Source of the DNA: Gammaproteobacteria bacterium
GTDB taxonomy: Bacteria > Pseudomonadota > Gammaproteobacteria > Eutrophobiales > Eutrophobiaceae
Assembly (NCBI GenBank): GCA_965116495.1
Contig: OZ220696.1
Coordinates: 800,001-864,000 of the forward strand
Length of the DNA stretch: 64,000 nt
Direction: 5' to 3'
The notes beneath the pieces are model-generated. The model made no database searches. It was not told the origin of the DNA and saw only the letters and a list, made by a program, of their open reading frames with translations. The position numbers and the translations under genes were made by a program. Positions 18,372 to 26,594 of this stretch are shown here, in pieces (positions within the stretch are counted from its first letter, which is position 1; every line of letters starts with the position of its first letter).

Positions 18372-20015
18372 ATGGAAATGACTACCGTGTACGACAAATT
18401 TCTGGAAACCGGGCGGAACGTCCCGGCACAGGCCTTCCTGCACATCCCGCACCAGGCAGCCCGGGGGTACCATCAAGGCCCGGTTGACTATACCTACAAC
18501 CAGGCTCGCCAGGCCGCCGCTTCACTGAGCGAACGCTATGCTGCCGCAGGCTACGGGCACGGCCACAGAATTGCCGTCATGCTGGACAATCGCGCCGATT
18601 TTTTCCTGCACTTTCTGGCCCTGAACAAACTTGGAGTGAGCGTCGTGCCGGTCAATTCCGGCTTCCTTCCCGGTGAAATCAACTACGTCATCAGCCACAG
18701 TGATGCCTGTCTTGTCCTGTGCCTGCCCCAATATCGCGGGAAAGTGGAGGCCGCTTTGTCCGCTCAAGGTACAGCCACTCCAATCACGGACACCTCTGCA
18801 ACGACGGAATTACCACCTTGCAGGCAGGCAATTACGGACGGAACGCCCGACCGGCATTCTGAAGTAGCCGTACTGTATACCTCCGGCACAACGGGTAAAC
18901 CCAAAGGCTGTATGCTGAACAATGAATATTTTACCTGCATGGGCGAGTGGTACGCGAATATAGACGGCTATTGCCGGTTGACGTATGGAGAGGAGCGGAT
19001 GCTGACACCGCTGCCGCTGGTCCACATGAATGCATTATGCTCCATGATGGCCATGATCATGAGTGGCGGTTGCATAATCCAGCTGGACCGTTTCCATGCT
19101 TCCAACTGGTGGGATACGGTACGCTCCTCCGGGGCTACCTGTCTGCACTACCTGGGAGTAATCCCGGCAATTCTGCTGAACCAGCCGGAAACGGAACATG
19201 ACAACCTGGGGACACAGGTCAAGTTCGGTTTCGGCGCCGGGGTTGATCCGAAACACCTGCAACGATTTGAACGGCGTTTTGGTTTTCCCCTGGTGGAGGG
19301 TTGGGCCATGACGGAGACCGGCACTCACGTCTGTATCACCGCCAATAAGGAGCCGCGCCATATCGGGACACGCTGCATCGGCAGGGCGCCGGAGACCATC
19401 GAGTATCGCCTCGTGGATGAACAGGGGAAAGATGTCGGACCGGGTGAACCGGGAGAGTTGTTAATTCGCGCCAGTGGGGAAAACCCGCGCAAGGGTTTCT
19501 TTTCCGGCTACTATAAAAACCCTGAAGAAACTGCCAGGGTATGGGAAGGGGGCTATTTCCATACCGGCGATGTGGTGCGCATCAGCGAGGACGGTTCTTT
19601 TCATTTTGTCGACCGCCGTAAAAACATCATCCGGCGCAGTGGCGAAAATATCGCTGCCGTTGAAGTGGAGAACATCCTGTTCCAGCATCCGGTCATCGCC
19701 AATTGCGCGGTGACGCCTGTTTACGATGAACTACGCGGCGAAGAAGTAGGCGTTTGCATTATCCTGAGTGAAACCGTACGGGAACAGTATGCCGGCAATG
19801 ATGCCGTGGCAGATGCCTTGTTCGCTTTCTGCCTTGAACAGTTGATTTACTACAAGGTTCCGGCTTATTACCTGTTCGTAACCGAGTTGCCCATGACCGT
19901 GTCGCAGAAATTGCAACGCGGTGAAATCAAAACCCTTGCCAACAGGCTGGTGGAAGAGGGCAGATGTATCGACCTGAGAAAGCGCAAGCGCAGGAATAAA
20001 AATGCAGCCCTATAA
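18372..20015 (+). CDS. Acyl-CoA ligase (CaiC-like)
   Basis: YTSGTTGKPKG, GWAMTE, FHTGD, RRSGENI AMP-binding motifs. Confidence 0.92.
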   Translation: MEMTTVYDKFLETGRNVPAQAFLHIPHQAARGYHQGPVDYTYNQARQAAASLSERYAAAGYGHGHRIAVMLDNRADFFLHFLALNKLGVSVVPVNSGFLPGEINYVISHSDACLVLCLPQYRGKVEAALSAQGTATPITDTSATTELPPCRQAITDGTPDRHSEVAVLYTSGTTGKPKGCMLNNEYFTCMGEWYANIDGYCRLTYGEERMLTPLPLVHMNALCSMMAMIMSGGCIIQLDRFHASNWWDTVRSSGATCLHYLGVIPAILLNQPETEHDNLGTQVKFGFGAGVDPKHLQRFERRFGFPLVEGWAMTETGTHVCITANKEPRHIGTRCIGRAPETIEYRLVDEQGKDVGPGEPGELLIRASGENPRKGFFSGYYKNPEETARVWEGGYFHTGDVVRISEDGSFHFVDRRKNIIRRSGENIAAVEVENILFQHPVIANCAVTPVYDELRGEEVGVCIILSETVREQYAGNDAVADALFAFCLEQLIYYKVPAYYLFVTELPMTVSQKLQRGEIKTLANRLVEEGRCIDLRKRKRRNKNAAL

Positions 20016-21165
20016 CGATGTTGCGCTGGTTGCCGCGACCAGTATTCCCTATGTGCGGCGCAGCGAGCGAAGCGCTGCCTGGTTTATAGGCACCGTCTTC
20101 GCAAGAATGATCGAGACCGCGGGATTAAACAGGAATGAGATTGACGGCCTGGCCATAGCCAGCTTTACCCTGGCGCCCGACAGCGTTGTCAGCATGACCG
20201 AATATCTCGATATCTCGCCCGGTTGGCTGGAACAGATCCCGATGGGCGGCGCCAGCGGACCCGTGGCCGTCCGGCGCGCGGCCCGTGCGGTACAAGCGGG
20301 CGATGCCGGGGTCGTGGCATGTATCGGCGCCGATACGGCTTCTGCCAGCACCTTTAGGGACCTGGTCAGCAATTTCAGTCGGTTCTCAACCGATGCCGTA
20401 TTCCCCTACGGCGCAGGCGGACCGAATACCGTGTTTGCCATGATTACCCGCCACTACATGGAGAAATACGGGGCGGAACGGGAAGATTTCGGCCGTGTCT
20501 GCATTGCCCAGAGGGAAAATGCGCTGGCCGCGGGCACTGCCGTCTTCAAAACACCGTTATCGATGGAGGACTACCTCGATGCACGTTCCATCAGCGAACC
20601 CCTGCACCTGTTCGATTGCGTCATGCCCGTCGCCGGGGCGGACGGTTTCCTGGTCATGACGGTTGCCCGGGCCCGGTCGCTGGGCCTGCCTTATGCCAGG
20701 ATACTGGCTGCGGGAGAGAAGCATAACGCCTGGTCCGGTGACGACGTTCACTTTCGCGGCGGCTGGAGCCTGTACCGTGACCGGATGTACGAGCAGGCTG
20801 ACCTCGGCCCCGGTGATATTGATTTTCTGCAGACATACGACGACTACCCGGTCATTTCCATGATCCAGATGGAAGACCTGGGCTTTTGTGAAAAGGGCGG
20901 GGCGGCCGAATTTGTCCGCACTCACCCGTTGACCTGGAACGGCGGAGGCCTGCCGCATAATACCTGCGGCGGTCAACTATCCGCGGGGCAGGCAGGCGCT
21001 GCCGGCGGTTTCCTGGGTACGGTCGAAGCGATCCGCCAGTTGACTGAAACCGGTTTGTCCAACCAGGTCGCCGGCGCAATGGCGGGTATGGCAAGCGGCT
21101 ATGGAATGGTCAATTACGATCACTGTTTATGCACCAGTGCCGTAATACTCGGGAGGGGAGAATGA
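20002..21165 (+). CDS. Thiolase-fold protein lacking the catalytic Cys (Ltp2/SCP2-like)
   Basis: MGGASG in place of CxSG, YDDY, NTCGGQLSAGQAG in place of GHP. Confidence 0.85.
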   Translation: MQPYNDVALVAATSIPYVRRSERSAAWFIGTVFARMIETAGLNRNEIDGLAIASFTLAPDSVVSMTEYLDISPGWLEQIPMGGASGPVAVRRAARAVQAGDAGVVACIGADTASASTFRDLVSNFSRFSTDAVFPYGAGGPNTVFAMITRHYMEKYGAEREDFGRVCIAQRENALAAGTAVFKTPLSMEDYLDARSISEPLHLFDCVMPVAGADGFLVMTVARARSLGLPYARILAAGEKHNAWSGDDVHFRGGWSLYRDRMYEQADLGPGDIDFLQTYDDYPVISMIQMEDLGFCEKGGAAEFVRTHPLTWNGGGLPHNTCGGQLSAGQAGAAGGFLGTVEAIRQLTETGLSNQVAGAMAGMASGYGMVNYDHCLCTSAVILGRGE

Positions 21166-21617
21166 TGAGCGGCCAAGCGGGCCCACCCGTTGCACGCTCC
21201 GCCCTTTGGCAGCAAGTCAACCAGGCAGCAAAAGAGGAGGCTTTCAAGCTGCAGGTCTGCAGCAAGTGTGACAGGGTTCAGTATCCGCCCCGGGAATTCT
21301 GCAGTTATTGCCTGGTTGGCGAATTGTCATGGGAAACTGTCAGCCCGATGGGAAAAGTGCTGTCCTGGACCACAACCCATGCCAGCAGCAACCGGTTTTT
21401 CAAGGGTATACTACCTTTTCACGTCGGCATGATTAAACTGGATTGCGGCCCGGTTCTGATCGCATACCTGGCTACGGCATCATTACACACGGGGAGCCGG
21501 GTTCAGGTCACAGGCATGCCGGACAAGTCCGGCCAGGCCGTTTTCCTTGCCGGACCGCCGGGTACGGATCCGCGGGTTGAATTCAGTCACATACTGATTA
21601 AAAATGTTGATAAATAG
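21162..21617 (+). CDS. DUF35 Zn-ribbon/OB-fold protein
   Basis: CSKC...YPPREFCSYC Zn ribbon followed by an OB fold; ATGA coupling to the thiolase-fold gene. Confidence 0.88.
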   Translation: MMSGQAGPPVARSALWQQVNQAAKEEAFKLQVCSKCDRVQYPPREFCSYCLVGELSWETVSPMGKVLSWTTTHASSNRFFKGILPFHVGMIKLDCGPVLIAYLATASLHTGSRVQVTGMPDKSGQAVFLAGPPGTDPRVEFSHILIKNVDK

Positions 21618-21620
21618 TAC

Positions 21621-21646
21621 TGGATTCCTGCCTCCGCAGGAATGAC
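21621..21646. repeat. Palindromic unit TGGATTCCTGCCTCCGCAGGAATGAC (same family as inside the MITE at 46787-46871)
   Basis: ATTCCTGC...GCAGGAAT stem directly after the DUF35 stop. Confidence 0.75.
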
Positions 21647-21668
21647 GGATAATTCGATGAGGTGAGAC

Positions 21669-22400
21669 ATGGCGAAAAAAAATAAGGTGGTTGTAATAAC
21701 GGGCGGCAACAGGGGTATAGGCGCCGATATTACCCGGCGTTTTCTTGACAGCGGTTACCTGGTCGTCAATATCTCCCGGCAGACCCCTGAATTCTCCCAC
21801 GAGCGCCTGGTCAACTACACGGCGGACCTGGCAGATCCGCAGGCAACCATGGACGTCGGCATGGAGATAGCAGGTAACCATACGGTAACGGACTTCATTC
21901 ACAACGCCGGGGTGATCCGTCCGGATTTGCTGGAAGACGTGAAGCTGGAAGACCTGGACTACCTGACCCAGTTGCACCTGGGCAGCGCCATCACGCTTGC
22001 GCAACAGTTTATTCCCGCCATGCGCAGCGCGCAGTACGGCCGCATCATCCTCATATCATCCCGCGGCGTGCTGGGACTCGTAACCCGGACGAATTACGCC
22101 GCAACCAAAGCCGGTCAGATCGGTATCACGCGCACCTGGGCGCTGGAACTGGCAAAAGACGGGATCACTGTAAACTGCGTCGCGCCGGGTCCCATCGTGA
22201 CAGACATGTTCCATGAACTGGTCCCGGAAGACAGCGAGCAGAAGTCCAGGATTGCAGGGAGCGTCCCTGTCAAACGCCTGGGCACACCCGAAGACATCGG
22301 CCGTGTAGTCAAGTTTTTATGCGAGGAAGAGAGCGGTTTCATCACGGGACAGACCTGGTACATCTGCGGCGGCGCCAGCCTGGGATCTCTGGCTTTGTGA
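21669..22400 (+). CDS. Short-chain dehydrogenase/reductase
   Basis: TGGNRGIG, HNAG, YAATKAG motifs. Confidence 0.92.
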   Translation: MAKKNKVVVITGGNRGIGADITRRFLDSGYLVVNISRQTPEFSHERLVNYTADLADPQATMDVGMEIAGNHTVTDFIHNAGVIRPDLLEDVKLEDLDYLTQLHLGSAITLAQQFIPAMRSAQYGRIILISSRGVLGLVTRTNYAATKAGQIGITRTWALELAKDGITVNCVAPGPIVTDMFHELVPEDSEQKSRIAGSVPVKRLGTPEDIGRVVKFLCEEESGFITGQTWYICGGASLGSLAL

Positions 22401-22513
22401 CCTGGGCGAGTGATTCCTGTGGCGGTTCTCCGGTATTCCTTCTTTCTTGACGAGAGAAAGATTCCCATAGTATTCTTCATACTGCATTTCAATAAAGAAA
22501 GAGGGAACAGACA

Positions 22514-22744
22514 ATGAGTGCTACTGACGTATCAACAGGAGATTACGGTGAAAGACTGACCAGGATCGAAGTCACGTTAGGGGGTCATGGAGAACGGCTG
22601 TCAAGAATAGAAGCCACTTTGTCGCACATGGCAACCTCAGAGGAACTGCAGAAGGTAATTACTGAAGTAAGCATCCTGAAGTGGCTGCTGGGGACTACCG
22701 CCGCGGCAGTCCTGTATGCGGCGGCAAAATATCTGTTAAGCTGA
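22514..22744 (+). CDS. Small coiled-coil protein with C-terminal TM helix (DUF1640/XhlA-like)
   Basis: Internal repeat GERL(T/S)RIE(V/A)TL x2, MATSEEL, hydrophobic tail; GAGGGA RBS. Confidence 0.65.
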   Translation: MSATDVSTGDYGERLTRIEVTLGGHGERLSRIEATLSHMATSEELQKVITEVSILKWLLGTTAAAVLYAAAKYLLS

Positions 22745-22758
22745 GAGTGTGACGGCGG

Positions 22759-24309
22759 TCAAATGATTTGACTTTGCCGTCCCTGCCAGTAGGGCGCGCG
22801 CAGTCTGACCTTGTCGACCTTGCCGGTCGCCAGGCGCGGCAGTTCCTCCACGAAGTGGACTTGTTTCGGTTTCTTGTAGCCGGCGATTAATTTACGGCAG
22901 TGTTCCGTCAGCTCGGTATCGGTACATTCTCCGGACAGGACCACGAACGCGCAGACCGCTTCACCCCAACGCTCATCGGGAATGCCGATCACCGCACATT
23001 GTTTGACGGCCTCGTGCTGTTCCAGCGCGATTTCAACTTCCCTGGGATAGATATTTTCGCCACCCGAGATGATCATGTCCTTTTTCCGGTCAACGATAAA
23101 CAAAAAGTCTTCCTCATCAAGGTAACCGATATCTCCCATGTTCAACCAGCCGTCGCTTATCGACTCTGCTGTCGCTACCGGGTCATTCCAGTATTCCTGC
23201 ATGATGTCCGGATGACGGACGACGATCTCGCCCGGTTCGCCGGCGCTTGCTACAGTCCCGTCAGTTTTAACGATTTTTATCTCCACACCCGCACAGGCCT
23301 GACCGGCCGATAATAACCGGCGCTGTTGCGCGGCAGTCCCGTCCGGCCGGTGTTGCGATTTTGTCAGGTTTGCAATGGAACTACCTTCCGTTGATCCGTA
23401 CTGCTGGACAAAAACAGGGCCGAATACGCTCAATGCCTTTCTTAACAATGTCTCCCGTATCGGCGCCGTGGAGTAAAAAATGGTCTTCACCTGGGCCGGG
23501 TCGCGGAGCTCCGCGTATTCATCAGAAAGCAGCATTTCTATCATGGTCGGCACCAGTTGCAGGGTGGTAATCCGCTCTTTACGCAGGGTATCCCAGACCG
23601 CACGCGGGTTAAACTCCCTTTGAATGAAAATAGCCGCGCCTTGCAGGTGATGGGCGAGTTGCAGGAATTTAGCGCCGACATGAAACAGGGGTTGCACCAG
23701 CAGGAACCGGTCGTCGCGGGCAATCCCCGCTGTATCACTGATTACCTGTGCAGTCCCGTACTGTGCAGACTGGCCCAGTACAGCGCCCTTGGGATTGCCC
23801 GTGGTCCCGCTGGTGTGAACGATATAGACGGGATCCTCAGGCGCCGGTAGCTTGTCCGGTGTTGTCATCTTACCACCCTCGATGAATTCCACGTAGGGAA
23901 CAGCCCAGTCCGGTAATTCACCCTGGTCGATCTGCACATACAAAGTGCCGGCAGTCCGTATCCCGGCAACAACCGGGAGAAATTCTGTGCTATAGAACAA
24001 TACGGACGGAGTGGTGTTATCGACTATATAGTTTATCTCGGATGCAGTAAGACGATAGTTTACCGGTGCAGTAATAAATCCTCCCAGTTCGCAGGCGCCG
24101 TAAATTTCCAGGTATTCCGCACAGTTCCGGGACAGGATGGAAATCCTGTCCCGCCGCCGGCAACCGGCATTTAACAGTGCGCCGACCAGTTGCCGCACCC
24201 GGTTTGCATGTTGCAGAAATGTATAGTTCCTGCCCTGGTCAATGATGGCCGGGCTATCCGGTATCCTTACGGCATTATCGGCAATAATGTCTGCTACGAT
24301 TTTTTTCAT
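22759..24309 (-). CDS. Acyl-CoA ligase (AMP-binding)
   Basis: HTSGTTGNPKG, YGSTE, MGD, DRKKDMIISGGENIYP, ATGKVDK; start moved to ATG 24309. Confidence 0.92.
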   Translation of the reverse strand: MKKIVADIIADNAVRIPDSPAIIDQGRNYTFLQHANRVRQLVGALLNAGCRRRDRISILSRNCAEYLEIYGACELGGFITAPVNYRLTASEINYIVDNTTPSVLFYSTEFLPVVAGIRTAGTLYVQIDQGELPDWAVPYVEFIEGGKMTTPDKLPAPEDPVYIVHTSGTTGNPKGAVLGQSAQYGTAQVISDTAGIARDDRFLLVQPLFHVGAKFLQLAHHLQGAAIFIQREFNPRAVWDTLRKERITTLQLVPTMIEMLLSDEYAELRDPAQVKTIFYSTAPIRETLLRKALSVFGPVFVQQYGSTEGSSIANLTKSQHRPDGTAAQQRRLLSAGQACAGVEIKIVKTDGTVASAGEPGEIVVRHPDIMQEYWNDPVATAESISDGWLNMGDIGYLDEEDFLFIVDRKKDMIISGGENIYPREVEIALEQHEAVKQCAVIGIPDERWGEAVCAFVVLSGECTDTELTEHCRKLIAGYKKPKQVHFVEELPRLATGKVDKVRLRAPYWQGRQSQII

Positions 24310-24414
24310 TATCCGGTCTGGCAGGGGAGGGGCAGACCCCCGCTTACAACCCTGCCTCGGGGGCCAGGGCAGGCATGCGGGGGCATGTTTAAATCTGTCC
24401 CCCCCCATATTCTT

Positions 24415-25668
24415 TTATATGGTAAGCAGGTTCAGCACCGCGTAGAAAACCGCAAACAATGTCAACGCCCAGATGCAGGCCACGCTGTAACGGGTGAGGC
24501 CCGGCCCGGGTTTCATTGCAGCAGGCACGTCCTCCGAGTGCATGGCCCGGTGAATCAGCCAGGCCAGCACCGGTGCGGTGAGAAAGGCAAGTGTAGTAGC
24601 GATGTCGATCAGGGTTTTGAACGATTGAATGAAATACAGAATGACTGGCAGAGAAACCAGTACCATGGCCAGGATGGCAGCCAGATAGATCCTGAACCAC
24701 TGTCTTCCCTCCAGCTTCCTGTCGCGGAAACAGTCGACCAGGGCACAGACGGTACGCGGGTAGCCGTCATGAATTACCAGCACTGTTGAAAGCATGACAG
24801 CGAAAGCGGCGACAGCGATGATCGGCTGGGTCCACTGGCCGAGGAGTGAAGTATAGATACTGATCAGCTGGGCTGAAAACTCGGCTGAATTGGACGAGAA
24901 CTGCTGGCCTGACCCGTGCATGACGGCGGCCCCCAGCACCAGGAAACAGACTGCGGTCAACAGCGTTGAGAAATAACCGACGTGGTAATCTGTCTTTACC
25001 TCGGTTCTCGACAGGTTTTCCTGTTTGTCTTTCTCCAGCACCCATAACGATTGCCAGAGACAGGTCTCAAAAGGCGCCGGCATAAAGCCGATCAGGGCTG
25101 CGAGAAACAACAGTGACGACCTGTTCAATACATCAGGAGTGAGGATATCTGTCTGCTGCCATTCCACCAGAGGCACTGATAACATGGTTGCCATAAGTGT
25201 CGAGATTAACAGCAACAGCAGCAATACCTTGATGACACTGTCCATCCAGCGATATTGCCCTGCCACCAGGCAGGCGCCGGAAAAAATGCAGAGGCAGGCA
25301 GCGACCAGGCCGATAGGCAGGTCCAGGCCGAAACTGATAACTGCCAGACCGGACGTTACCAGCAGGACCGCTGCAAATCCGGTAAACATCATGCAGAATA
25401 TGATCACGCCGCACAGCAGTACCGCCCAGGTTCCCTGCCTGCGGAATCCGAGCAGCAAATGTTGCCCGGTCGCATGGGCGTACTCATGCCCGAAGCGGAA
25501 AGTCGGGTATTTCATGACAAAGGCAAGCAGGATAAACAGCAACAGATCCATCCCGTGCAGGGCGCCGGCGCGGGTGGCCTGCACCAGGTGGGATACCCCG
25601 ATAGACGCTGCAGCCATCAATAATCCGGGACCAAGTATAGTATATAGCCTGCGTTGCAGTTTCATCAC
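24415..25668 (-). CDS. NRAMP-related (APC fold) transporter
   Basis: LGPGLLMAAASIGVSHLVQATRAGA N-terminus, about 11 hydrophobic segments, no DPGN motif. Confidence 0.75.
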   Translation of the reverse strand: MMKLQRRLYTILGPGLLMAAASIGVSHLVQATRAGALHGMDLLLFILLAFVMKYPTFRFGHEYAHATGQHLLLGFRRQGTWAVLLCGVIIFCMMFTGFAAVLLVTSGLAVISFGLDLPIGLVAACLCIFSGACLVAGQYRWMDSVIKVLLLLLLISTLMATMLSVPLVEWQQTDILTPDVLNRSSLLFLAALIGFMPAPFETCLWQSLWVLEKDKQENLSRTEVKTDYHVGYFSTLLTAVCFLVLGAAVMHGSGQQFSSNSAEFSAQLISIYTSLLGQWTQPIIAVAAFAVMLSTVLVIHDGYPRTVCALVDCFRDRKLEGRQWFRIYLAAILAMVLVSLPVILYFIQSFKTLIDIATTLAFLTAPVLAWLIHRAMHSEDVPAAMKPGPGLTRYSVACIWALTLFAVFYAVLNLLTI

Positions 25669-25754
25669 GTTATCGTAAACAATAGTTTTGCGTAAATCTT
25701 CGCAATCGGTGAGTGGGTATAACAGGATACATCCGCCCGTTATCCGCCTGTCCT

Positions 25755-26594
25755 TCAGCGAAGGAGATATTCGATTATTTCATGTGCGACAAGCGCAGGT
25801 TGCTCGTACAGCAGAAAATGTCCGCCTGCCAATACACAACTTTCCGAGTTGGGGATCATCTCCAGCATTTGCCCGAAGCCGACTCCACTTGCGCTGGGGT
25901 TTATCGGGTTCATTATATCCTCATCAGCACCGAGCAATAATGTTTCAGCTTTTATCCCTGGCAAGACGTTGCTTAAGTCCACTCCTTGCGATGTACCTTT
26001 GACATCCTTGCCGAAGTTATCGAGTGATCCGGGCTGAAAGGATCGTTCGAATGCTGCCACAACCTGGTTTTTATCATGACGATCCCAGAATGCTCGCGAA
26101 AAGCCCTGCAGCATAACCAACTCCATAAACGCTTCGGCGCCGCCATTGCGGGCGGCCGTTATCCATGTCTGCCGCATTACAAGTGCTGCGCGATCGAGAC
26201 ACGCGATTGCCAGTGAAATAATCAGACGTTGAATAAGAGCAGGGTGATCGGAGGCAAGCGCCAGCGCGATTCGTCCACCCATGGAGGTGCCGTGAACGTG
26301 AATTGGACCGCAATCAAGGGCTTCGATTGCCGCTGCCGTATCTGCCGCGTAACTACCCGGGTCGCGAGCATGTTCTGCCGCTGAACTATCTCCATAACCA
26401 GGCAGGTCGATATCCAAAACTTCGAAGTGTTTTGTCAGTAGCGGTGTCAGAAGATCGAAATTACGGTGTCCGGTGCCGACGCCGTGAACCTGCAGTAATC
26501 TCGGCCCACTACCTGCAACCCGTACGGCGATGGTCCCGCGCGAAGTATCGAGCAATCGCTGTTCCCCAATAGCCGCGACGCCTGCTTCGCTCAT
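25755..26594 (-). CDS. Alpha/beta hydrolase
   Basis: HG oxyanion loop, GTSMGG nucleophile elbow, GGH; ATGA coupling to the upstream gene gives start 26594. Confidence 0.9.
   Translation of the reverse strand: MSEAGVAAIGEQRLLDTSRGTIAVRVAGSGPRLLQVHGVGTGHRNFDLLTPLLTKHFEVLDIDLPGYGDSSAAEHARDPGSYAADTAAAIEALDCGPIHVHGTSMGGRIALALASDHPALIQRLIISLAIACLDRAALVMRQTWITAARNGGAEAFMELVMLQGFSRAFWDRHDKNQVVAAFERSFQPGSLDNFGKDVKGTSQGVDLSNVLPGIKAETLLLGADEDIMNPINPSASGVGFGQMLEMIPNSESCVLAGGHFLLYEQPALVAHEIIEYLLR

Noticed and set aside
24343-24410. GC-rich nested hairpin ending AAATCTGTCCCC between the transporter and the CoA ligase
   Set aside because: Could be a degenerate repeat cassette or an attenuator, but the arms are too imperfect to assign.
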